A stretch of 51,087 bases of DNA from Chromera velia (taxonomy: Eukaryota): assembly GCA_018398765.1 (NCBI GenBank), contig JAHBMJ010000326.1, forward strand, positions 1 to 51,087. The letters run 5' to 3'. This document shows, piece after piece, positions 25,313-35,716 of this stretch; positions within the stretch are counted from its first letter, which is position 1; each line of letters opens with the position of its first letter. The position numbers were made by a program, and so were the translations under genes. The notes under the pieces were generated by a model. The model saw nothing but the letters and a program-made list of their open reading frames with translations, did not search any database and was not told the origin of the DNA.

Positions 25313-25564
25313 TGTAAGCTGCGTACGGTACTAGAGGCTCAATTACGATAAGCGTAGATCGTAGGCAGACTTACATTAAAGTATAACCTAGCAGAGTCAA
25401 TCTGTTGATCCACTATTCACACCAGCTAACACCACGATCAAGAAACTGGCACAGAACAACTTTTACATGCAAGGTCAGACGTCACTTTATTTAGACTGAG
25501 CGCACGCAGCGTTGCAAGGTCGGCAGCGGCTCTAACGTGGCGCGATGCTCGTGACAGGCCCACA
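25313..25564 (-). repeat. Gypsy 5' LTR
   Basis: Direct repeat of 19558-19809, followed by the TSD. Confidence 0.95.
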
Positions 25565-25830
25565 GTCCACGCTTGTGGCATATATAATCAAGACACAGTC
25601 TAGATATGCGGTTTATGGCTTTCAAGACACCTTAAATGATCCGCGTCTGCAGCGCAGACTTTCAAACTTATCTAAAAATGCGGCTTGAATTTTCAAGTGG
25701 TAGTTAGGTTCAGGGAGGTCCCCCTCAGCTACGTTTTCCGGGCCATGGTGGGATGGTAAGTGCAAATTAAAGCTTCTGTGGGGGTGGGGGGGGGCGGGTA
25801 TATACATAGGGCTGGGCGGTGCTTAAGGCT

Positions 25831-26069
25831 AGTGAACGGGGTTTTCGGGTCTATACTGTTGTTAAAGAGACCAGTGATAGAGCATACATATGTATGGACT
25901 CAAATCACATTTAACCATGCATCAGTTCGTTCTTAGATGCTCATTAAGACCAAGCTGTTTCCTATATTTCTAGATATAGACATAAATAAATGTATAGTCA
26001 ATCATGCCGCTCGCCTCAAACTCTAAACTCACTTTAATTAACTTTAATCATGCTCTACACCAAGCGACT
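25831..26069 (-). repeat. Copia 3' LTR (239 bp)
   Basis: Matches 33386-33614 apart from 17 substitutions and a 10-bp duplication (actttaatta). Confidence 0.92.
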
Positions 26070-26406
26070 CCCCCCCTGAGCTTTCTTAAGGATGACATGG
26101 CCACGCAATTGATTATAGTTAGGATACGATAGTATATTGTACTATCATATGGTACATTTACTATCATATGGTATAAGGCTAAGGACCATCCTAGAGTCAG
26201 AGCAACTACTATACACTGAAAATTTTTTTAAAAAAAAGTTTTAGAGAGCCTATAGCAAATAAATAACCATAGAAATTAAGATGATGATTTACATAAAAGA
26301 ACATATTTAAAATTGTTCATATAGCTTCATGCATGAATAACCCTTGCGAGGCTATCACTCAGGAGGCCCGTCAATCAATCAATCAATCAACTAATCGATC
26401 AGTCAG

Positions 26407-26664
26407 TTAGTCAGTCAGAGCCCTCTGGAGGGTGGGGTAAACGGCACGATGATACTGCCTCCAGTCCCTCTTTTGGCACCTTCGAGAACAATACTGGATA
26501 TAATGATACCCGGCATACAAAGACAGTCTCTCCGTCTCTCGGACTCTTTCTAAGCAGTCTCTAGATCCACAGAGCAGGCGTGGTTCACGTATGACCATAT
26601 TTACAGGGAGAAGCGAAACCGCCTTCTGCAAACGCACCAGGATATGGAGGTGACCTTGTACCAC
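26407..26664 (-). pseudogene. Degenerate MYND zinc-finger gene fragment inside the Copia element
   Basis: LCGSRDC...LSL[Y]AG[Y]HYIQYCSRRCQKRDWRQYHRAV[Y]P has the MYND core YCSxxCQxxDWxxxH. Three expected Cys are Tyr (TAT, TAT, TAC). Confidence 0.75.
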
Positions 26665-28189
26665 AACCTCCGTCTCTAGCCTCTACACCAAAAGCAGGTA
26701 AGGGTCCCGCTATCACAGACCAGAATCCATGCAGTGGAGACTTTAGGTCTCCTTGTGTTCGAGAACGGCTACATCTTTGACGAGGATTTGAAGGGAGAAC
26801 TCTTAGAAGAGCACCTCAAAGAGTTTGACCTTCGTTTAAATGGGGCCTCGATCTGAAGAGGGAGGGAAGGGGGGAGGGGGTGTTTGAATCGCTTGAGATC
26901 CGACCTGTGTGCTTGCTCCCTGCCGCTGTCTGCCATCCTGTCTAAGGGGTGAGGCACTGTACAAATGGTTTAGGAACTCTAAAAGATTCATACACATTAC
27001 AGAGGATTCTAATAATATTAAATTGAGTCTAAATAATGTTAACTCATAGGTTAATAATATTAAATTAGGTCGTAGTAGAACACTCATAGGAATGCCTAGG
27101 AAGCCTAGTAAATTATTTTTTTTAATAGTACAGATAGGATAGTACATTGTACTATCAGAGTTAATGAAAAAGATTTGAATACAGTGGAATTCCACTGTAG
27201 TACAGTATACTATCCAAACTATGCAATTGACGGATGGTGCCACTTAGTGAGGCAATCAGCAAGCTGCCTCTCCTCCTTAACATGCTCGAACGTTGCCTTG
27301 AGAAGGCGAATCTCTTGGAGCATAAAATTGAGTCTTCCCTGCAAGGTAGGCTACTTCTGACACTTTCTACTCTTCAACTGATCCACCAAAGTAGCTCAAT
27401 CAATCATGATTCTGAGGGGCACATCTGAAAAGAGGAGACGAGCATTTCGCAACAGAAAAGGAATTAATACGAACGATACCATGAACAAGATCCAATAGTT
27501 TGGCTCCTGCAGTCGAATAAACCAGCCGCTTCTCTCTATGAGAAGCCCAATCAAGCATGTTCCATCTAACTGAAAAGTTCCACAAACGATCTGCAAGCTA
27601 GCCATCCGTATAACCACCCGCACAGCCACCCGCACCAGCACAGCCACCAGCACAGCCAGCAAAAGCAGAAGCAGCCCCTTCTTCTTCCTCTTCTACCTCT
27701 TTTGCGTCTGCCTCTTCTTCTTCCTCTTCCTCTTCATCAGAGGGGGGGGGGCGGGAGAAGAGGGCGAGGATAGACACAAAGAGGGAGGACAGAGATACAA
27801 AGACAGAGAAAGAGAACCGGCTCCTCGGGGTCTTTCACTAACGAGGCTCTCGACCATTGACTCAAGAGGAGTACGACTACTTGTACAACAAAGGTCCGAT
27901 CTAAGACTATCTTTTTTCACGGTGCCACTTGGTACTACCATGCTCTCACAATACAATAAATTAATTGATTATATATGATTGATAAATTATAGTAGTAATA
28001 GTTAATTAAAATTATATAATTAATTGATTTTGTATAGCTAGATCGAGATTAATTTTAAGTTTATCTATAATTCTCATTCTACCCAGTGATTTTAATATTT
28101 AATTAAATTTTTAGTAATATTTTCATAACGAGTTTTCTATAGCTACTGATTTTAATATTCATAAAATTTATTTTTTTAATCGATTTAAT

Positions 28190-29375
28190 TTATAATTTAA
28201 TTGTCTCTTCCAATGCCTCTTTGTTTTGGTCTTCTTCCAATCTAACCATTGCAGCCAGCTCCTTGCGTTTCTCCATCAGATGTTTGAAGGCCTTTTCGAG
28301 TAATTCGGGCTTCTTTTTCTCCTCAACAGACTTAATGATGGAAGCCACCTTCGCTTCATACGTCTGCTTTGCCGTTTGTATTTTTTTTGCTGCGGTCATC
28401 TCTTTAGTATGCTTTTCTTTTGCAGCCTTTGCCTCCTTTTCTCTTCTTTCTGTTTTCTTCTGTCTGGGCTTTTCACGTTCTTCCATCACCTGTTCAGGCC
28501 CTTTCTCATTCATGATCTGAACATAAAAAAATTGGGCTCTCTTCTGAGCAGTTGCCACCTCAGTCGTGCTTTGGTGCCAACCGTCTTTTCCTTTATTTTT
28601 CATTGATTTTATCATCTGTATCTTTTCAAGGTGATTTAGACTTTCGATCCCCTCGTTCATCAACCCAGTTTCGCTCGTCCGCTCTGCCTCCTTCTCCCTC
28701 GTCCATTCTCTCTCCTTCTCCCTCGTCCATTCTCTCTCCTTCTCCCTCGTCCCCTCTCTCTCTTTCCCCCCTCTCCACAGCTGGAGCCATGTCCTCATCA
28801 TTAGAACCAGGACCTAGGGGGGGGGGGTTCTCATCATCTACTCCCTGCTCCTCCTCGGGAGGAGCACTATCATTTTGGGGAGGGGGGATCTGAATTAAAT
28901 TCTTGTAGATGGGAGAGAGGAGAACATTTTGAACGGTCTCCAACAAAGAGTAAGAAACGGACAGGGGGGTGTTACCTTTCCGAGAGTAGAGCTGACCAAC
29001 TGGAGAGGGGAATGTGGCTTCAATCTTCTGTCTATATTGATGAAGGGACTTGAGGGGCAGGAGCAGCTCAGGAAGCGCGACCCCGAGCAGTTACTCCTGT
29101 CTCAGCAGCTCGTAACCTGCTGCCGAAAGTGACTTTTCTATTACTGCTAGGAGCCCCAGCCAGGAGGGAGAGCCGATGAATTTCTTCCACAGAGTCATGA
29201 CTGCAGACACGCATGCTCTTGGCAATGTCCCTGGCCTCTTGCTCTCCCCCCTTTCTAAAATCATCTTTTCGATTTCCGGTGTAAAGTCTTTCTCCATTTT
29301 AACAAGGAGGAGGCCGAGGGCCTTCTGCACGCACTCTTTGCAATTTTTATATTTCTTTGGCCCCCTGGAAACCAA
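28190..29375 (-). pseudogene. Interrupted ORF (acidic repeat plus Lys/Glu coiled-coil tail), possibly a DNA-transposon protein remnant
   Basis: The frame 29375-28626 reads through with one TAA and then shifts into the 28801-28190 frame. It is not Copia-like. Its family is not securely recognisable. Confidence 0.4.
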
Positions 29376-29379
29376 CTCT

Positions 29380-32143
29380 CTGCTAGATATGCAAGCTGAA
29401 TAAGAAAACCACTTTGCGATTCACACAATCGATCATCATATGCTGCATCTACCCACAAGTGCATTTCTGGATTTCTGACTGTATGAAAAACCTACGGGGG
29501 GGCACTCTGAAATACAGATGTGGTCGTCAAACGATTTTATAGTAGCAATCTAAGCTCTAAAACATTTAAAATGAACTCCAAACTTATTTTATAAGCAAAA
29601 AAAGTTCTAAAAAACAAAAAAATAATACTTTTACAGTATTGGTTGAAGGTTCTTACTCGGTTCAAGCTTAAAAACTATACATCTACCTCTAGGTTCTTAG
29701 GTTCCTAGAACCTAGGTTCTAGCCTTCTCAGTCTAAATCTCTAAGAACCCTAAAGAAGTTTTTGAAAGAACCCGTCCAAAACCAGTTATGAAATATTGAA
29801 CACGATGAAAATATATTTAAAAGTTTGTCCACCAATCTGACTGAAAAACGTTGGAAAAGGACTGTGAGAGGTAGAGGGATAAAGAGGGTTCCAGATAGTA
29901 AAGATCAAAAAAAGAAAAAGAGGGTTCCAAGACTTATCAAGACTCCAATAAGAAATCTATTGTGTGAGGTTGGCTCTTCTTTAACTTAAGCTTTGAAACC
30001 ATTTTCTTGAATGGTAATGGTGTCACTGTTTGATGCGTGACAACCGTTATGGTTACCGCTCTTTGCTTTGATGTGCTTCATGAAAATGGTACGTTTCCAA
30101 GGTGGTGAACATTTTGTCGTGGAATGACAAGAAGAAAGCTTTTGAGCCCTTAAGGTTGCGAGCGATTGCACACGTTGAAGATGAAGAAAAGGACCTAGAT
30201 AAACTGTACCGGATTGCTGTGCATACATATCCTAAGTCCGACAAGGCTTCGACCGACTTAGCCGACATGCGTGCTTTCTCTCTCCTTTGGTAGTAACTGT
30301 TAGGCCAAAACAGAAAGCCTGAAAAGATTTACATCAATAACGTCCCACTTTCTTCTGTGTTCTTTTACATTCAGCATGCACATAAAATGAATGAAACCGT
30401 CTTCATAAAAGATGAAGGGCTTGTTTGTCTTATAGGTCTGTTTGACGAGAAGAAAAAGCGAGTTGACAGCTGAGTTTTATGATTTTGACGGTCAATTTTG
30501 GGATATATAAGCATCAAATTCTGTCTTATTTGTTTAGATTATTTTAATCATCTAAATTAGGTCTTTAGTCTTTCTGAAGCTTTAGGGGGGGGGTTCTTTA
30601 TGCCATTGGTTCTTACACGGTTTTGTCTAGGCGGTTTCTCTAGAGAGTAAGAACCAAATGATAGAAACACCACTTTTAAAAAATTAACGCAATGTAAACT
30701 TGATTCTTCTTTAAAGAACCTTTAAGAATCTGAAAGAACCTTACATTAACGAGTCTGAAAAAGCAAAAAACAGTGTTAGAACCTATTAAAACCTATGTTA
30801 TATCATCTTCAATTACAGCATAAACATATACAGTACTAGGGTTCTACCTAGGAGTGCTGCCCCGTAGTGAAAAACCAAGTCCCTCACTTCTGCAACAGCA
30901 GTCAGCAACACAGTGCACAGAGTCCGAAAGACGTGAACAGAGGGACAGGAAGACTATCTAGCAAACTGAGAAAACGTAAACGTAAGATCCCACCCCATTC
31001 TCGTCATCCAGCCAAGCATGCCCAAAAGAGTACGATAGAGAGCCTCATACTTCATGTCTATCTCCTCTGGCTGCAGCTGAGCAAAGTCTGTTTTATCTAG
31101 ACTTTTCAAACCTTTTTTTCCTGAAAGGATCTTCTCTGGATTGAAATACAACCTCTGACTCTGTCTAATCTCCCCCCCTTCCCTGTCATGCGACAACTCC
31201 ATTCCTACACACTTCACTGGTCTGTCTGTCACCTCACCCACCTCATCTGACTCAACTGCATACCTCTGAGTCAGTCACTTCCTTCAATGTCTTTCTGGCA
31301 TCTCTGGCAAAACAAATCAAATCATCGACATGCATTTGCATTGCGCTCTTGACAGGCATCACCTTCACGTCAGTGATGACTTCTTCTACCTGAGGAGAAG
31401 GAGGGATGCGAGAAAAAAGGCGGACAAGAATACACTCTGCAATTTCAAAGAAAAAAAGAGCCTGCAGCTTCGTCTTCAGCCAAGAAGTGAACATTCTCGG
31501 TGCATCTTTAAGTCCGTACATTGCTTTTTTTAGCAAATACATCCCCCCTGGCTAGAGACTGAAGCTTTTTTTCGGAAAAAGCGAAGGCCAACGAACAAAA
31601 ACAGAGATAGCAGAACCTACAATCAGGTACTATAAGAAAGCATTTCGAACATCAGTGATTGTGATGGTGAAACGACTGATAAGAGTGAAAACAAAAAAGA
31701 GACGAAGAAGAGAGGTATCAGGGGTACCGCTATATGTCTCACACTTATGAGTGTCTCGTCCAGGATGTCCAGCACAAACGAGTCGAGCTTTCGGCACTAG
31801 CTCGTTTCCCGTCTTTCAGTTTTTATGTGAACACCCACTTACAAAACAGAATAACAGCGCAAAGAGACTGCGAAATCAATTCTCCAAAAACATCATAAGA
31901 AAAAAACTCATGCACTTCATTCTCCATTGCTTGTTCAAACTTTCCTTCCTTCACCGGAGGATCAGACACGGACGCAGGAATTTGCGTGTGGCCTGTATGC
32001 ATTCGATCAAGCGCCAACAGCTCTGGTGCAATGGGAGTGCTTAGCCTAACAGAATCAGTACAGGCACGCTGAATGGAGTGCACAGCGCCTTCTGTGTCAT
32101 CATCAGAGGCTTTGAACTCACTGACAATGAGCAGCTCGGACAA
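29380..32143 (-). pseudogene. pol: Copia pol remnant (RT and start of RNase H), split by the 29492-30867 insertion
   Basis: AMENEVHEF, CKWVF, KARLVCAG, TDVRNAFL, YLLKKAMYGLKDAPRMF, MHVDDLI, CVGMEL and YRTLLGMLGW..R.DL motifs, then LWVDAAY...SQSGF (RNase H). Confidence 0.88.
29492..30867. mobile_element. Non-autonomous TIR DNA transposon (1376 bp) with CTAC ends and 8-bp TSD
   Basis: TIR ctacgggggggcactc / gagtgctgccccgtag (14 of 16 match). Exact TSD tgaaaaac at 29484-29491 and 30868-30875. Removing it restores the Copia frame EVRDLVFHTVRNPEMHLWVDAAY. Confidence 0.88.
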
Positions 32144-33385
32144 TCGGGCTCAAAAATTCCCGCGCGTTTGGCCGTCTTGTCCACCGGACCCTTTTTGTGG
32201 TAGACGGCGCAAATCGCCCTGCATATGAATTCAAAACATGAACACATAAAGTCAGACAGACAAAACGTAAACAGAAATGATCGAGGACAGTATCCCAGCC
32301 CGGAGACGTCAGCTGACTACGTAATGGTTCTGAACGTGATACTGTCTGTTACTCGCTCATCGAAGCTACCAGTTCTTCTGGTACGGCACCTTCTTCAACG
32401 TTTTTTCTACCGTCATCCATGACTTCTTTTTCAGTTTGAATTTCTTGGCCCTAGTTCTTGGCCACTTCATTCTCTCCCCTTCCACTGTTGTCTAAACCAG
32501 ATAGCTTAGGTTTATTCTTCCCCACGTTGCCAGTGCCTTCCACTACTGTTTTGATCGGAACTTTCTTGACCTCAACTTGCAGTGCATCGATAAACTAGAG
32601 ATAGACTTCGATTGTGAGAGTGCAAGAAGTGTCACGATTTAGATCTCTCGCGGGCAAACGATTAAGCCAATTAGACAGAAACTGACAGTGTTTGAGACGG
32701 GGCCATGTGGATGTGGCGGGAAACTTCCTGTTGTTTACTCCAGTAACCGTCTCGTTTGTCAGCCAAGTGGCATTGGCTGGGGTGACTGTTTTTATGAAGA
32801 GGGATACGAGCAGGGGATCTGGCAATGCTGGGAGCTAGATGCAGGAGGCAAATTCGAGGAGCTGTGAGAACAGCATCATGTTGGAGAAGATCATGTTTAT
32901 AAGAGAGGGGAACTATAAGATTCCCATCATCACCCTGTCCTTTTCTTCTGTTTCTCTCACCCCTTCACGGCTTTGCATCTCAGGGATGAAGGTCTGGGTC
33001 ACCCACTTTTGGAGGTTTTCATCATACTTCAAGGCTTTTGCTTCGTCTTTGGCATCGCTGGCAGAGATGGTAGGACTGGGTTACTTTTGCGAATCTCCAA
33101 CAGCCGATCTCTCACGGTGTTGTTCCCTAGAGCGGCATTCCTTAGGGTCGTGTATATACCTTTCAAGGTATCAAGACTTGCTGTGTCTTCTGCCCAAAAG
33201 CAGACATCTTGCAACCAGTCTTCTACTTTAGAATACTTAAAGAGCTGGGGAGGAATAACAGGGGTGACTGGAACAACTCGTGTTGTATCCATGGGAAAAG
33301 GGTAAAAGAAGCTTCAAAATGGTTTCATATAGAAAAACAAGGACTACTTCTTGATGGAACACCTTTCTATGGCTGAATTAACCGC

Positions 33386-33614
33386 AGTGAACGGGGTTTT
33401 CGGGTCTATGCTGTCGTTAAAGAGACCAGTGACAGAGCATACATATGTATGGATTCAAATCACATTTAACCATGCATCAGTTCATTCTTAGACGCTCATT
33501 AAGACTAAGCCGTTTCCTATATTTCTAGATATAGGCATAAATAAATCCATAGTCAATCATGCCGCTCACTTCAAACTCTAGGCTCACTTTGATCATGCTG
33601 TACACCAAGCGACT
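33386..33614 (-). repeat. Copia 5' LTR (229 bp)
   Basis: Direct repeat of 25831-26069. Confidence 0.92.
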
Positions 33615-34659
33615 AGACTCGGGGCCGGACGCGCGCCCTCGCGGCGGCCGGAGCCTCACCGCAGGACCGGCGGCGGGCCTAAAAAAACCGAGGCGCCTAG
33701 AGGTACCACACTTTTATGGTCGCCGGCAGGGTCTATAGACATTAGGTACGTTTAGGTACGTTTGTGTGAGTTTGCAAACGTATATATCAGCCGTTGTGCG
33801 AGTGTGAGCAAGCGTCTTGCCTTCTTTAGGCTTCCTGTAGCTTCCTGTAGCTTCCCATATATTCTTACATTCGATTCAATTATGATTAAGCCGGTCTATG
33901 TGTGTATCTTAGTGTATCCCTATGTTACGCTGTGTCTTTCTGGCGTCGTTAGGTGTCGTAAGTGAAGTAAACCTGTTTTTTAACCACATTAAACCATAAG
34001 TAACCACAAGAAACAACAATTGCGATTCTCTTGTATGTACTTGCATGAAAACATTGAATCAGACTAACAGAAATATATATTGAGTAAGGAATAGTGAGGG
34101 AATAATGAGGGGATAACAATAAACATCTAGCTAACTACATCTAGCCTGACAGACGTCAAATTCGTCGTTAATTCCGTTTGACTAACTCAGTCTAACTGTC
34201 TTTGTTTTAATGTACGTCACAACTTAATGCTAGACTTAATGAGTGATATATCATTCACATATGGTGACATTATGAGTCTCATCTGACATCTGGTAACGTC
34301 TAGCTAGCCATTGCGCTATAAATCTAGCTTCAAATTTACAATTTGATTTCGGTTGGCGAAATAAGGGTCCATCATTTAATAATCTGCCTTGCGTGTTGTG
34401 ACTTGCCGAACGCTAGACGCCTATTATGGGCCGATAGCGATGGCGTATGATGATGATGATGATGATGGCCTACTAATGCATACTAAGGCATATTCATCAG
34501 TCTGAGGCTTTTAGACTGCATTCATCCTACTCTATACGTATAATTATACTACTATTTTGAAAGAAAAGGAAGAAAAAGAAGGTGAGGAAACGTAAGAGCA
34601 GGTAAGAGGAAAGGAAAAAAAGGAAGACAAAGGAAAGGAAAGGAGGAAAAGGCGGGAAA

Positions 34660-35560
34660 CAGTGTTGTTAAGTCTCGGTACTTTCGGTACCTTGGTACTA
34701 GAGGGGGGGTCGGTATCAGATTTCGGATCAGATCTTTCGGTACCGACCTAAATGACTCTCAAACTTAAAAATCGCATGTAGTCTGATGTTACAATATCAT
34801 TTAAACACACTTCATAAAACAAAATAAACAAAATACAATGATAAATTAAAATTAAGAAAGTCTTTTCTAGCTTTTTTGATTGTTCCGCGACTTCTGTCTT
34901 CTAGAACGGTCTATGGATTGAGGCATAAAACCCATGTGTAGAACTGTTTGCTTGCATGAATCGAGGATGCATGCTCTTGAGGCTGATCGAATCAGATCAA
35001 TGCATGCTGCATGGCAATACATGGCAACAGATGCGTCGCCACGTCGGAATCGGTCGGCCGGACAATGAACTCGGATCATGCCGAGTCGGATGCGATACAC
35101 TGACTTGCACAGAGGCTGGTGACACACACACACTCCCTCCCTCGTGCGATCTGACGCATGAATAAAACACACACACATGGAAAAAGCAGGAAAAAAGGCT
35201 CATCCTCGCTGCTTCTTTGCTTCTTGCACTTTCTCCCTCGTGCGATCTGATGCATGAATGAAACACACACACACGGAACAAGCAGGAAAGAAGGCTTATC
35301 CTCGCTGCTTCTTTGCTTCTCCTGTAGAAGGAATTCGTTAGTTGTAGAGAGAGAGAAAGAAGCCCTACCTTACACACATGAATTCGTGCATGTTGAGACA
35401 GACAGACAGCCAAACGGAGAGGACGAAACGGGGGGCATCAAACGAAAGATGCTCTTCCCGCCGTAAGTACCGAAAAGGTACCGAAAGTAGCGAAAAATTT
35501 CGGATCGGGGGGTCGGTATCGGATTTCGGTACTCAGGTTTGTCGGGACTTAACAACTCTG
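34660..35560. mobile_element. Non-autonomous hAT element (901 bp)
   Basis: TIR cagtgttgttaagtctcg / cgggacttaacaactctg. Exact 8-bp TSD gcgggaaa (34652-34659, 35561-35568). Subterminal TCGGTA/TACCGA arrays at both ends. Internal ~85-bp duplication near 35139-35321. Confidence 0.9.
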
Positions 35561-35716
35561 GCGGGAAAAGAAAGAAGGGGAGAAAGGAAGGAAACGAAGG
35601 AGAGGAACTAGGAGAGGAAAACAAGGAAACGAGCGCAACCAAGGAAAGGAAGAAAACTACATTATCAAACTCGCTATATTCTCAGTCGCAACCGATATCA
35701 ATGTCCTTTATTCCTT

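Larger units (their letters stand above)
19558..25564 (-). mobile_element. Full-length decayed Ty3/Gypsy chromovirus-type LTR retrotransposon (6007 bp)
   Basis: 252-bp direct repeats TGT...ACA. TSD atcca (19553-19557) / gtcca (25565-25569). PPT AGAAGGTGGCAGG on the minus strand beside the 3' LTR. Degenerate iMet-like PBS TGATAGTACAGAGCTGGTTCCG (25288-25309). Domain order gag-PR-RT-RH-IN-chromo. Confidence 0.96.
25831..33614 (-). mobile_element. Decayed Ty1/Copia LTR retrotransposon with AGT...ACT termini, internal deletion and nested insertions
   Basis: Direct repeats 25831-26069 and 33386-33614. TSD aggct (25826-25830) / agact (33615-33619). G7 PPT on the minus strand (c-run 26070-26077). 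Copia RT motifs inside. No recognisable integrase. Confidence 0.9.

Noticed and set aside
25807..33736. Possible small hAT (tagggctgggcg...) hosting the Copia insertion
   Set aside because: The candidate right end near 33736 matches poorly and no exact 8-bp TSD was found.
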